Virus record (IMG/VR): IMGVR_UViG_3300036987_000016
Span: 1 to 30,488 of that record
Strand: one strand, 5' to 3'
Length of the DNA: 30,488 bases
Source of the DNA: a virus
Taxonomy: Duplodnaviria > Caudoviricetes
Numbering within the stretch: the stretch's first letter is position 1; every line of letters begins with the position of its first letter. Below, piece after piece: positions 9,171 to 19,483 of the stretch. The position numbers and the translations under genes are program-made. The notes below the pieces were generated by a model. It did not search any database and was not told where the DNA came from. It saw nothing but the letters and a program-made list of their open reading frames with translations.

Positions 9171-11279
9171 TTAATCTGGTTTATAATATAATGTGTAATA
9201 AAATCGTTTGCCTACATCGCCTGTGTGGTAACTGATAAACGTATTTGTTGATGCGCCTTTGCGAATTGCAACGGGACCGAACCCAGCAGAATCAGCAACC
9301 CAACTATCGAAACTTGCATGATGAAAAGTATAACCCGACACACTCGGTAAAGTCACGACTAAAGAATCACCTGCTTGTAAAGTATCAGAGTAGGTTCTAA
9401 TATCCCAGATTGCTGTCGCTATATCGACTATATTTGACACACTGATTTTAGCTTTGATAGTATCAGCTTTGATGTTTCCGCTAACGTCTAATTTTTCAGT
9501 TGGTGCTAATACGTTTATGCCTACGTTGCCAGCACTGTCTATTTTCATAATACTATTAGCCGTTGCTCCTGTTAAAGTCACAACAGGTTTTCCTGTGCCT
9601 GTGAAAGCTACGTTAAAACTTGATGTATCTATTGATTGTGCTAAAGATGACACAGTGGTATTTTTCGGGGCATAGGTTACGTTCAGTCCTGACAAAGTAG
9701 TAAAAGGGACATAGCTTGTCAAAGTTGAAAATGGCGTTCCCGTGCCAAGTCCAACATTACCCGTTGTTTGTCTAACGACTATCCCTTTATCCCCCGATAC
9801 ATATAACGCTAAATCTTTGCTCGTCCCTGCCATAAATCTCATTCCCGGTGATGCGTTATCAAGTTTACCAACTTCTGCTCCATCTCTAACCAGACTTATC
9901 AGGCTACCATAACCAGTGCTGCTATATGTTTGTGTAGCAAGCCAAGTGTTAGCCGTTGCTTTCATCGAGTTCTTTACAGTCGTTGAATCCGCATTTTTTA
10001 AAACTTGACTTAATACGCTATTCTTCAACGTGGTCGAGTCCGCATTTTTTAAGACCTGACTCAATACAGAATTTTTAAGCGTTGTTGAATCAGTATTTTT
10101 TAAATATAAGCTATTGCTGTAATTTCTTTGTGTCGTGCTGTCAGCATTTTTTAAAACTTGACTTAATACGGAGTTCTTCAAAGTAGTTGAGTCCGCAGGT
10201 TTTAACACTCCTGTCAAATCAGAACCAGAACCGTTAAAACTTAAAGCATACATCCCCGAATCAGAGGTTATCCGTCCAGCAGTCACCATCGGAGCAGTGC
10301 TTAAATTTTGAAATGCAAATCTGTATGGCGAGGTTAATGTATCCGTAAAACTCTTGCGAACCCTATAAGCTACCGCAGTATCGGCTTCAGCATCTGCGCT
10401 TTTATTGTTCTCAATTACTGCATCGTATAAAAGTATATTCTGTGCTTTACCAGCACCATTATAAAACGAAAACTTCGATGTAATTACATTTACGGGCATA
10501 TTTACTCTTGGCGAATAATGGTCGTGTTGAACTCTTAATGGTTGCCATAATCTTGAAGAGTAATTATTAAGTGAGTCGGACGTTCCTATCCAAGCCCCGC
10601 CATTATTTGCTTTTGTAGAATCTGTATTGGTTGGTCGGTTATAAACAATCAAACCGAATAAATCATCATTAGTTTCGTAAGAAGATAATCCCCCTCTGTG
10701 GATATTCATTAATGCGTGAGGGACTGTGTTCATTTTGGCAAGGTCGTTCGTAAAAGTGAACGCATCGTCATAACGATTATTTCCTACTCTGAATATTTTT
10801 TGTTTTGTTGAATCCGCCACAATACCTGTAAGCAACGCACCGCTTCCAGTAATATATTCTCCATATACATTTCCAACGGCTTCAATATTTCCTTTTATTT
10901 TCAAATCCCCGTCATAGGATAAATAATAAGAATCTACGTCAAAATAAAGCGAATCATAGCGTTCAATGCCACTATTCCACATTATAATAGATTTATTCCC
11001 CGCTATCGGACTGCCTAATGTTAATCCACCAGAAAACGTCTGGCTTGAATCCCAAATATTGCTATGTGTTTTACGAGCATACACGCTATTGTCCGTCTTT
11101 CCAGAGGAGTCGGCTGTGCCATAAAATCTTTTATTCAATACCAATAACTCTCTCGCTCCACCGACCTTTGAAAACGTATAAATCGAATCAATATTAGCCC
11201 TTTCCGCCGATACCGTAACTTGTGAAAACAATCCATCACTAAACACAATAAACAACAATAAATAAATTATCTTTTTCAT
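9171..11279 (-). CDS. Tail fibre/spike-like protein with N-terminal signal-peptide-like sequence (start probably MKKIIY)
   Basis: GNVGLGT and GNVGIN..PTEKLDVSGNIKA trimeric fibre motifs; internal 17-aa repeats; position after the baseplate genes. Confidence 0.7.
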   Translation of the reverse strand: MKKIIYLLLFIVFSDGLFSQVTVSAERANIDSIYTFSKVGGARELLVLNKRFYGTADSSGKTDNSVYARKTHSNIWDSSQTFSGGLTLGSPIAGNKSIIMWNSGIERYDSLYFDVDSYYLSYDGDLKIKGNIEAVGNVYGEYITGSGALLTGIVADSTKQKIFRVGNNRYDDAFTFTNDLAKMNTVPHALMNIHRGGLSSYETNDDLFGLIVYNRPTNTDSTKANNGGAWIGTSDSLNNYSSRLWQPLRVQHDHYSPRVNMPVNVITSKFSFYNGAGKAQNILLYDAVIENNKSADAEADTAVAYRVRKSFTDTLTSPYRFAFQNLSTAPMVTAGRITSDSGMYALSFNGSGSDLTGVLKPADSTTLKNSVLSQVLKNADSTTQRNYSNSLYLKNTDSTTLKNSVLSQVLKNADSTTLKNSVLSQVLKNADSTTVKNSMKATANTWLATQTYSSTGYGSLISLVRDGAEVGKLDNASPGMRFMAGTSKDLALYVSGDKGIVVRQTTGNVGLGTGTPFSTLTSYVPFTTLSGLNVTYAPKNTTVSSLAQSIDTSSFNVAFTGTGKPVVTLTGATANSIMKIDSAGNVGINVLAPTEKLDVSGNIKADTIKAKISVSNIVDIATAIWDIRTYSDTLQAGDSLVVTLPSVSGYTFHHASFDSWVADSAGFGPVAIRKGASTNTFISYHTGDVGKRFYYTLYYKPD
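9968..10206 (-). repeat. 51-bp (17-aa) coding tandem repeat, about 4.5 copies
   Basis: DSTTLKNSVLSQVLKNA x3, one variant DSTTQRNYSNSLYLKNT, one partial copy DSTTVKNS. Confidence 0.9.
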
Positions 11280-11280
11280 A

Positions 11281-11586
11281 TCAATACACCGCCAAATATT
11301 CTGCATCGCAATCACCTATCGCTTTAATTTTAAACCCTGTCAGTAGCTTCTCTGGGTAACTATCATAAATCAAATCCTTGCCTAATTCCAACGATTTCGC
11401 ATTTACTTGTAAAAAATAATTAGTATTAGAATATGTTTTATCAAATGTTATTGTTTGCTCAACGTCTGCAACCAAAGTTAAATAACCGCGCTCAATGTGC
11501 ATACCGCCTGAGCCGTAACTTAAAATAACGTTTCGATTAATTACAACTTCTTTTCTTTTTCTGTCTATGACTATTTCTCTCATCAT
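11281..11586 (-). CDS. Small tail-associated beta protein
   Basis: ITFDKTYSN...GFKI...EYLAV resembles tail-fibre C-terminal lectin-like modules; operon position. Confidence 0.5.
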   Translation of the reverse strand: MMREIVIDRKRKEVVINRNVILSYGSGGMHIERGYLTLVADVEQTITFDKTYSNTNYFLQVNAKSLELGKDLIYDSYPEKLLTGFKIKAIGDCDAEYLAVY

Positions 11587-11927
11587 GCCACCGCAATTGT
11601 TTGTGTAACTGGGTCAGTCCATGTAAATTTATCCGCCTCAAGCAACGTCTCTACATTGCCTTCATCGTCAATACTTTTAACATCGTAAAAATAAACACCT
11701 CTAAGCAAAATACTCTGTGCTGCCGTTACTGGAATAACCGTTATCCCATTAGTCGGGTCACTCAACGTAGTATGTTTTATTTGTAACGCTGCATCTGCGT
11801 CACTGTCACTTAATTTTCTTTTGAATGTTAAATAAAAAGTCCAACCTGTTATATCAACAGCAACGCTATCCTCTTTAATGGTTAATTGTAAGTTATAATC
11901 GTCACCGCTTGCACGTTTTTCTTGCAT
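11583..11927 (-). CDS. BppU-N-like baseplate/fibre adaptor
   Basis: GDD...VDITGWTFYLTFK...DPTNGITVIPVT...GVYFYDV pattern. Confidence 0.7.
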   Translation of the reverse strand: MQEKRASGDDYNLQLTIKEDSVAVDITGWTFYLTFKRKLSDSDADAALQIKHTTLSDPTNGITVIPVTAAQSILLRGVYFYDVKSIDDEGNVETLLEADKFTWTDPVTQTIAVA

Positions 11928-12700
11928 TATGATACCTCTATTGATTTTAATTCTATGTTACTTTCGGAAATATCCCCCGCAGTAATCGCCTGTGTCGGGT
12001 CTTCATCCATATCAAACATTACTAAATATGTGTTGCCATTTACATCTGAAAAATAAAACGGATTCGCTTTGCCTCGCATTAAATTAAAAAAGGTCGAGAA
12101 CGTGCTCGCCACGGTAGAACTAATATTCTTTAAAGGCAAACTCCATAACCTTCTACCGCCTGAATATATTTCAGACGTTCTGATACGCCCATCACGAGCA
12201 ACGCCTTCAACAACATTAAATGATTTTTGTCCACCACGATATGGATAGGCGTGCCAAAAACCTAAATCAGCCGTTGTGCCAATCCAGAAATTACCTACAT
12301 AAGGGATCGTGCTTGCAGTGTCTTCATACAGTATTCTCCAGTATTGCCTATTCGATGCCGCGCTTATCAATGTATAAATATTAAACGCATCGCCCCCAGT
12401 CGTCCAGTTTTTCCATGTCGTAACACTTGTCGTAAACGCAGAATCAGCCGCACTCTGTAACTTAACCGTCCCAGCAGCATCTATAATCGCCTGTATGTTT
12501 GAGCCATCAACAATTACAAATGTCTTCCCAGTTAAAGCATAATCTGCCGCAAGCTGTTGTCCGTTAGTATTATTAGCACTCTTCCATATATCAGCGACAT
12601 AAACCGAATTAAGATTAGTAAGCGGATAAGAAGCATCGGCGCTTGTTGACGTATATGTAATTGATAAAATCGGTGAATAATGAAATAATAAGTTTGCCAT
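11927..12700 (-). CDS. Distal tail/baseplate protein
   Basis: N-terminal discoidin-like region (RQYWRILY); C-terminal RGKANPFYFSD tail-protein motif; position. Confidence 0.6.
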   Translation of the reverse strand: MANLLFHYSPILSITYTSTSADASYPLTNLNSVYVADIWKSANNTNGQQLAADYALTGKTFVIVDGSNIQAIIDAAGTVKLQSAADSAFTTSVTTWKNWTTGGDAFNIYTLISAASNRQYWRILYEDTASTIPYVGNFWIGTTADLGFWHAYPYRGGQKSFNVVEGVARDGRIRTSEIYSGGRRLWSLPLKNISSTVASTFSTFFNLMRGKANPFYFSDVNGNTYLVMFDMDEDPTQAITAGDISESNIELKSIEVS

Positions 12701-15201
12701 TAAATTAATACCTCATACGCGATAATTCCGTCCGGGGAGACATCAGTTGAAAGAATGACTCCTGTCCCACTTTTTGTTATTCTTGTTGTTGTAAAAATTA
12801 AAGTAGCGCCATCAAATGGCTCGTATTGTAATAGCATGATTTGTTTATTAATAATCCTATATACATCTTTGCTTGTTTTGAAAAATTGATACATATAATA
12901 TGCAAGGTCTTTTGTAATTTTATCAGGAATAAATGGATTACTTAATTCAAATGTCCGTCCATCACTCAAAATACTTGCTGTAAACGAAGAACCATTATAA
13001 CTAACTGTCGATGTTTCACCTGTAACTTTTATTAAATCAAATTTCTCATACTTCTGTGATTCTTTTTCAAGCTCACCTGTAATACTGATATTCAAAGCTA
13101 TATTATTCCCAGTGGTTTGTATCGTTCCACTGTCATTTCCTCTGCGATAACAATACGCCTTTTTTGCTGCGGAAATATTAGCCATTAAATTAAATGCTTT
13201 CAATGTTTTATATAACGCATCTGTAACCGTAACACCTTCACAATCAGCGTTTTCAATGTAAAAATTAATTTTATCGTTGTATTGAAATAACCGACCCGAA
13301 GCATCTATCCCATATAATACAGCTCCAATATTTGTCATGGTATAAGTCGAATATGATAATGATTTTATAGTCGCTGGATTTCGTTGTGCAGTGTCAAGTT
13401 CCGTAATCGTATCACTTGACAAACCATATAATGCCTCATATCCTTTAGTCGCATCATAACCAATACAATAACATTTTAAATCGCTTGCATTATAAAAAAT
13501 ACATTTTACATTCAACAATGCCTTTAAAACAGTTGGTGTATGAACGTCTGCCGGTTGGACACAAACATTCCCGGCTGTTAAATAATAAACAGCATCCTCA
13601 TCAATATTATAAGCCCCTATTTCCGCAGCATCGCTCGGACATATTACCCCAGCATCTACCCATGCACCCGCTACACTAACTGTATAACTGAAATAATAAG
13701 TTTCAGCACCAGCAGTGACATAAGCGCCATACCTTACGTCGTTGCCGTTTTTAAGAAACATATACCCAGCGCCGATAGCACTTCCAAGAGTTGTGCTATT
13801 AATAATTAAGTTATCCGACATATCAGAACTGTCTATAAATCTCAACATCCCAACAACTGCATCATGAGCAACCACACTATAAACTACACCATATTTCCAA
13901 CTTGAGCCAGTATAGTTATAATCAATCAATATACAAGCATCTGGACTGCCGTAAGTATATAAAGTGACATCAGAATATGTGTTATCCGCAAGCAACAATC
14001 TTCTAAGTTTAAAATCTCCAGCATTATCAGAAAACAAAATCCACAAATGACCGTTGCGTGCATTATACATTAATTTATAAACATCATGTGAAGCTGTTAC
14101 TGTGGTTAATAGTGTATAAATATTTGTTGTCATATTACGTTTATAAACCTTTGTGCCAACCGCAGTATATAAATATGTGCCGTCCGATGTAATAGCCAGT
14201 CGTGTCCCGTTTACCGCCTCGTCAGCTGGAGGCAGGTCAATATGAGAAACGATATACCTTGAATCATAGGTATTCATTTGTAGTGTGTCGAACGAAAGAG
14301 ACGTTATGCCAATCTTATTATAAATAATTTCAAGCATTCTGTAACCACCAATTTTTTGATAAAACTGATAAGGCAATGTGCTGCCTAAAGCTTTAACAAT
14401 AATTTTTTCTTCCACGCTTTCAGAAGTCGGCATTTGCGCTCTTTTCCTTACCCAAACATTTACCTTCTCAGTGACTAAACTGTTGGATAAAGTATATTCA
14501 GCATCGTCTCCTGTAAGTGTAACATCATCGCCATCGTCTAATTTTAATTTTCTCGTTCCAGCTCCAGAAGAATCATAAGTATATGTTATTGTGTGAACTC
14601 CAACACTTAATTCATAACTCGATATATCTACATCTGTAACAAAACAAGCATTTATCTTGTGTAAGATAATCCCTTGAACATTCGAAGCATCAACCTTCGT
14701 GTCATATTCTATGAATTGAGTTGTTAAATGTTCCGCCGCAAACCTGCTACCTATATCTTCAGGTGTAAACACACTAAATGAGACACTATCATCTCTGTCA
14801 TTATATTTTACTTTAGGTTTTCCAGTTGATTTATCATAATCCAAAAACCCAAAGAACATATACGCAATATCACTTTCAAACGTATTATTATAACCAAGCT
14901 TTGCTTCAATTTTTAATTCAATATAATCTGTCGGGTCTGTATTAAAAAGATTTGCATCAAACCATGTTATTCCCATTGCAACAAGTTCAATACTGTCAGC
15001 TTTGAATTGCCCGTATTCATATTCTATTTGCGAAGTCAAAGATGGAAGCTCAATTATTCTCCCAGTTATATCCAACCAGCCAGAATAACCGACAATCGAA
15101 TTACTTAATGCTGTTGTTTTACGAGCATACACTTTCCACTGTATTTGTTTTGTAACCCCAATGGCTAATCTATTAAAATTTGTGGACGCTGTAAATTTCA
15201 A
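12700..15201 (-). CDS. Large tail tip/baseplate hub protein with probable beta-propeller region
   Basis: 833 aa, Tyr/Thr/Ser-rich beta content; directly after the tape measure gene. Confidence 0.6.
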   Translation of the reverse strand: MKFTASTNFNRLAIGVTKQIQWKVYARKTTALSNSIVGYSGWLDITGRIIELPSLTSQIEYEYGQFKADSIELVAMGITWFDANLFNTDPTDYIELKIEAKLGYNNTFESDIAYMFFGFLDYDKSTGKPKVKYNDRDDSVSFSVFTPEDIGSRFAAEHLTTQFIEYDTKVDASNVQGIILHKINACFVTDVDISSYELSVGVHTITYTYDSSGAGTRKLKLDDGDDVTLTGDDAEYTLSNSLVTEKVNVWVRKRAQMPTSESVEEKIIVKALGSTLPYQFYQKIGGYRMLEIIYNKIGITSLSFDTLQMNTYDSRYIVSHIDLPPADEAVNGTRLAITSDGTYLYTAVGTKVYKRNMTTNIYTLLTTVTASHDVYKLMYNARNGHLWILFSDNAGDFKLRRLLLADNTYSDVTLYTYGSPDACILIDYNYTGSSWKYGVVYSVVAHDAVVGMLRFIDSSDMSDNLIINSTTLGSAIGAGYMFLKNGNDVRYGAYVTAGAETYYFSYTVSVAGAWVDAGVICPSDAAEIGAYNIDEDAVYYLTAGNVCVQPADVHTPTVLKALLNVKCIFYNASDLKCYCIGYDATKGYEALYGLSSDTITELDTAQRNPATIKSLSYSTYTMTNIGAVLYGIDASGRLFQYNDKINFYIENADCEGVTVTDALYKTLKAFNLMANISAAKKAYCYRRGNDSGTIQTTGNNIALNISITGELEKESQKYEKFDLIKVTGETSTVSYNGSSFTASILSDGRTFELSNPFIPDKITKDLAYYMYQFFKTSKDVYRIINKQIMLLQYEPFDGATLIFTTTRITKSGTGVILSTDVSPDGIIAYEVLI

Positions 15202-17192
15202 CTTACAACAACTCCGTTTCTGTTATTTACAAAATAATCTCTAACATCTGTTACACCCATTTCGCGCATACCTTCTTGAACAACCTTTTTAAATGCTTCT
15301 TTTGATGTTATGCTATTAATATAAAAATGAATGCCAGAACTATTCTTGTTTTTCTCTTGCTGCGGTGTCGTCACTCGTATTGTTTCCTTGCCGCGTATTT
15401 TAACAAGCGTTTCTTCATCTTCTGGAGCGTCAAAATATCCTATACCGCCCTTGTGGAATTTCGGTGTCGGCTGTGAAGCAATCAACGCAACTTGAGCAGC
15501 ACCAAGCGCTCCAACAACCGCCATCATCGGTATTCCAAAAATCCCAAGCTGTCCTATTGTTTTAGTCATTGCAACGGCTGTATTAATAGTCGCCTCAAGA
15601 ATTGATGCAGTCTTTTGTGACGCAAATGCCGACCTTTTCTCATCTGCAATTCTACGATTAAATTCCTGCTCGGTTGCTGTTCGCCTTGCAAGTAACGCTT
15701 CCTTTTCGGCTTCGCTTCCACTAAATACCGCAAGCTCTGCATTTATCGCATTCATAGCGGCTTCCTTTTCAGCTTCCAAACTCCAAATGCGTGCGTCAGA
15801 TTTTTGTTGACCGAATTGATGCAACATACTTAACCCTTGTTTTACAGAATCCATATTTCTATTAAATGCTTCAGCATCAATAACGCTCATATCTTTAAAA
15901 CCATTGTTAACTCTTTTAACTATAACTCCAACTTCTTTATCAAGCTTTTCTTCGTCTTTTTTTGTGAGTTTCATTTGTAGTGGAATATTCATCCCGTCAA
16001 CCATAAAGCTTTGCAACCGAATAATATGCTTCATTTCATCGCTTACCTCTTTTAATTGAGCAGCGTATGTCCCCCAAGCATCAAAGCCAGACTTGGTATT
16101 TATATTTAACTTACTCATCGCCTCTGTAATATTTTTTGACCTCTCTTGCAAATCAAGAAGAGAACCACTGGCGAATTTTGCAGCCGCCCCAACCGTTTCA
16201 ATCCCAGACGCTGCCTTTATGCTACCGTCCTGAACAGCTTTGTAAGACCTAACCATGTCATCTAAATCGGTTGTAATATCCTTTGCAGACTTACCTATTT
16301 CTTTCATTCCAGCATTGAAAGCATTCTGCATGGTTTGTGACTTAGTCCCGAAAACAAAATTAATAGCTTTCTCTCCAAGAGTAGCCAAACCAACTATTCC
16401 AGTCATTGCAACTTCAAACACCAAATAAATTGATTTTGCCGCAGCTGAAACACCATACCCAAGCCGAATAATTAATGCACCAAAATCTTCTTGCATCGCT
16501 TGTTGACGCGCTTTGAGCTGTTGCATTTTTTCAAGATGTGTAAGAACATTCAGGTTATAACTTGCAACTGATTTACCACCTTCTTTTATTACTTCATTCA
16601 ATAACATTTGTCGTTGTGCAAATGTCCCGGTAGCTTCACCTGTTTCGCCTGTTGACTTTTTCAGCTCATCCATTACTTCTTTGCTCTTAATTACTATGCC
16701 AACCTGCGCCAATGTCATCGGTCGAACACGCCCGATACCTTCGCTCAACGCTGAAAATGCAGCATCTAAACCGATACCCATTTCACGTGCCTTCGCACGA
16801 GCAACCAGCATTAAATCTCCTAACTTTTCAACAGGAACACCTAACGCCGTAGCCCTCGTTATCATTTGCTTAACATCTGAATCATCCAATATCCCAGCTG
16901 CAGCTTTATTGACTCCCTGAAATGTTGCCTCTGCATTAACCCCGATACGCGACATAGCAGCTACAAAGGAATGTTCTACTTCCATCGCTTTAGCACCAAG
17001 TTCGGCATATTTCCACGCCTTCTGAACAGCTACAAACGCAGCAATCCCAGCAGCGCTAATCGCAAGCCAATTCTTCTTAAAGTTTTCAACCATTGACTTT
17101 GAGCCGGTCTCAATCGTAGATTTAGCTTTATTAAAAGCAGCAGTCGCCTCGTCCTTCATCTTTAAAATAAACATCAATGTCTTGTTATCCAT
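15198..17192 (-). CDS. Tail tape measure protein
   Basis: Ala-rich helical 664 aa; C-terminal GAAQVALIASQPTPKFHKGG motif; follows the tail chaperones. Confidence 0.9.
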   Translation of the reverse strand: MDNKTLMFILKMKDEATAAFNKAKSTIETGSKSMVENFKKNWLAISAAGIAAFVAVQKAWKYAELGAKAMEVEHSFVAAMSRIGVNAEATFQGVNKAAAGILDDSDVKQMITRATALGVPVEKLGDLMLVARAKAREMGIGLDAAFSALSEGIGRVRPMTLAQVGIVIKSKEVMDELKKSTGETGEATGTFAQRQMLLNEVIKEGGKSVASYNLNVLTHLEKMQQLKARQQAMQEDFGALIIRLGYGVSAAAKSIYLVFEVAMTGIVGLATLGEKAINFVFGTKSQTMQNAFNAGMKEIGKSAKDITTDLDDMVRSYKAVQDGSIKAASGIETVGAAAKFASGSLLDLQERSKNITEAMSKLNINTKSGFDAWGTYAAQLKEVSDEMKHIIRLQSFMVDGMNIPLQMKLTKKDEEKLDKEVGVIVKRVNNGFKDMSVIDAEAFNRNMDSVKQGLSMLHQFGQQKSDARIWSLEAEKEAAMNAINAELAVFSGSEAEKEALLARRTATEQEFNRRIADEKRSAFASQKTASILEATINTAVAMTKTIGQLGIFGIPMMAVVGALGAAQVALIASQPTPKFHKGGIGYFDAPEDEETLVKIRGKETIRVTTPQQEKNKNSSGIHFYINSITSKEAFKKVVQEGMREMGVTDVRDYFVNNRNGVVVS

Positions 17193-17265
17193 TCCGTCTC
17201 CTTATAAGTATCATTAAAATAACAAGACCGACAAAAAAAACAAATGTAATTATTCCAAGTATCAT
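17185..17265 (-). CDS. 26-aa single-pass membrane microprotein
   Basis: MILGIITFVFFVGLVILMILIRRRNG; ATG overlaps the upstream TGA (ATGA) and the stop overlaps the TMP start; below the ORF-track cutoff. Confidence 0.6.
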   Translation of the reverse strand: MILGIITFVFFVGLVILMILIRRRNG

Positions 17266-17506
17266 TCTTTCACTTTCGGTTTAATACTTCTAAATATCTT
17301 CATTGCTTCATATAATGTGTAGGGCATCTTTAAAAACTCTGTGGGTGAATATTTGATGTTTCCGTTTACCATACTTTCTAAATAAAATATTGTAAAAGAT
17401 TCTTCACTTAATGCTTGCTGATATTCTAACGCGCTAACTTCTACTTCATCGTAACTTCCGCTCTCCAATACTTCCGGCTCATTATAAGCGCGGAGAGCGA
17501 GTATCA
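17262..17506 (-). CDS. Tail assembly chaperone, -1 frameshift extension (gpGT-like C-terminal part)
   Basis: The -1 frame from the slippery site reads LILALRAYNEPEVLESGSYDE... without a stop into the listed ORF 17262..17468. Confidence 0.8.
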
Positions 17507-17513
17507 GTTTTTT
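17459..17513 (-). other. Programmed -1 ribosomal frameshift signal
   Basis: A AAA AAC heptamer (17513-17507) before TGA, 7-nt spacer, then stem CGCTCTCC...GGAGAGCG (17499-17492 / 17466-17459). Confidence 0.85.
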
Positions 17514-17929
17514 TCTGCTTCCTTATCAAGTTTATTCTGTCTTAAAATCTCTTGACCTAATTCATATATCCAATCGGGATGAAATTTTTTAAGCAGAAAA
17601 TCCGTAAGCCCATCACGATTACCAACCTTCGGGACAGCCGTAGAAACAACCGAATAAGTTACTTCTTGACCAGTCTTGTCTTTGAAATTACTCCAGCCAC
17701 GCAAGCCAAATCTAACAGCTTCTAAATTCATCGCGTGAACATTATACTCGACTTCAGCAGGAGCTAAGCCATCGCCTTGACTGATTTTATATTTCGATAA
17801 CTTGTCATTCAAATATAAACGTAATGGAGTGTCAAGTATGCCGATTTTAAAAACAGTTTTATCTTCGCCGACATCTTCTTTTAAAAAATAATCCCGAACT
17901 TCAGTCGAATCAAATGCAATTACAGACAT
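17504..17929 (-). CDS. Tail assembly chaperone (gpG-like)
   Basis: Between tail tube and TMP; GLRGWSNF motif; ends EAEKN at the slippery site. Confidence 0.85.
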   Translation of the reverse strand: MSVIAFDSTEVRDYFLKEDVGEDKTVFKIGILDTPLRLYLNDKLSKYKISQGDGLAPAEVEYNVHAMNLEAVRFGLRGWSNFKDKTGQEVTYSVVSTAVPKVGNRDGLTDFLLKKFHPDWIYELGQEILRQNKLDKEAEKN

Positions 17930-17940
17930 AATTTCCTTTC

Positions 17941-18909
17941 TTAGGTTAATACTATGCTTATCCAGTCATCACCGGTATTGCCTCTAAACACAACAGGCAC
18001 TTGTGAAGACACACCACCGCCAGCTTCACCGTATTTAGCTCCAGTATATTGAACTTTAGGTGATGAGATAGATATAATATTTCCAGCGACTGCACCAATC
18101 GTGCAAGCACAAACAGCGCTTGTCCCAGCTATAAAAACAGCGACTGGATTATGCGTTGCAATAGCAACTGTTTCAAATTCAATATTGCCCTGTGGATTCC
18201 GTCCTGTGCATTGGAAACCCGCCAAGCCATTGAATGTTGCTAATGAACTATCAACAGGAGTGACAACATTGCCCGCATCAATTTCCCATTTCTTAATGTT
18301 CGCAGCGTAAGTATGAATCGTTGCCGTTGAATTTTGCCACGCAACAGGCGCTTGTGCTGCCAACGTCTGACTTGGGAAAGCTGCATCGGTAAACGCTGCA
18401 TAAATTCCACTGAAATCAAATTCAATCATTGGGATTTTATTCACTTCTAAAGATATTTTCCAAGAACCGACACAACCCGCAACGATATGTTTAATACCGT
18501 CCTTATAAATCTCAAACGTGCAAGCAGTTGCATTGCCAAGCATTTGAGACACTGCTGTCGTAATCGGTGCGTAAGTTATACTCACCCCAGCCGAAACTGT
18601 TTCAGAAAAACAACACGCTTTCAACAATGAACCCAACGGAACGTAAGACGTGCCACCGCTTCCAAGAGTCCCACCAACAATTCCATTTGATTTCAATTCG
18701 GTTTTGAACTTTACTTTACAGTTTCTTTTACCGACAACGTGAGCTATCGTATCAAATGACACTCTTTGCAAATCACGCTGTAATAATTCAGCATCAACAT
18801 CAATCTCAACACCAACCGCATGAAAGAAATCTGTCGCCGCAGGAACTACCGGCGTTCCTTGTGTCGCTTCACTTCTAACACCTATTGCTACTCTACCCGG
18901 AATCTTCAT
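17941..18909 (-). CDS. Major tail tube protein
   Basis: SEATQGTP N-terminus, LLKAC, GCVG..KISLEVNKIPMIEFDFSG pattern; position. Confidence 0.85.
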   Translation of the reverse strand: MKIPGRVAIGVRSEATQGTPVVPAATDFFHAVGVEIDVDAELLQRDLQRVSFDTIAHVVGKRNCKVKFKTELKSNGIVGGTLGSGGTSYVPLGSLLKACCFSETVSAGVSITYAPITTAVSQMLGNATACTFEIYKDGIKHIVAGCVGSWKISLEVNKIPMIEFDFSGIYAAFTDAAFPSQTLAAQAPVAWQNSTATIHTYAANIKKWEIDAGNVVTPVDSSLATFNGLAGFQCTGRNPQGNIEFETVAIATHNPVAVFIAGTSAVCACTIGAVAGNIISISSPKVQYTGAKYGEAGGGVSSQVPVVFRGNTGDDWISIVLT

Positions 18910-19022
18910 TTAGATTCTCCTTTCTTTATTTCTTTTGGTTCAAGCTCCCCAGTCTTTGGGTCGCGCAATGTCGGCACAATTACTTCGGGGGTTTTTGTTT
19001 CTTTTGTTTCTTCTTTTGCCAT
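18906..19022 (-). CDS. 38-aa charged peptide upstream of the tail tube gene
   Basis: MAKEETKETKTPEVIVPTLRDPKTGELEPKEIKKGESK; AAAGGA RBS; stop overlaps the tube ATG. Confidence 0.65.
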   Translation of the reverse strand: MAKEETKETKTPEVIVPTLRDPKTGELEPKEIKKGESK

Positions 19023-19033
19023 TTTTTAATCCT

Positions 19034-19483
19034 TTATAATGTTACTCTACCTGTTACGTTAAACACTAACTCCCAAACCACGAAGGCGCTTGTTTCCGCT
19101 TCTATCGGGGCAGGAGCACTTTTTAAATTACACAATAAAATATCGCTAAGAAAATAATCATAATTCAAACGATAACTAATAATCTGTTCCACATCTGCGA
19201 GCATTGCATCATAACTATTCAACACATCGTTAATATTCTTTTCATACGACACCTGTAAAATCACATCAACATCGTAGTCAATTATTTGTGCAACAGTGAA
19301 CTCAAAACTATTTATACCGCCGTATCTAATCGAATACGAACCGTTAAACAGTGATGTTGATTGCAATGATAAGTTTAATTCTTTTTCATTCCGCTTTAAC
19401 TTAGTAACCAATTCGGGATTAACCGTGTCTTCAATTAAATCCACAAAATTATCTGATATTTTCTGCCAAAGTATTAAACTCAT
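19034..19483 (-). CDS. Putative tail terminator/completion protein
   Basis: Size and synteny (between adaptor and tube). Confidence 0.55.
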   Translation of the reverse strand: MSLILWQKISDNFVDLIEDTVNPELVTKLKRNEKELNLSLQSTSLFNGSYSIRYGGINSFEFTVAQIIDYDVDVILQVSYEKNINDVLNSYDAMLADVEQIISYRLNYDYFLSDILLCNLKSAPAPIEAETSAFVVWELVFNVTGRVTL

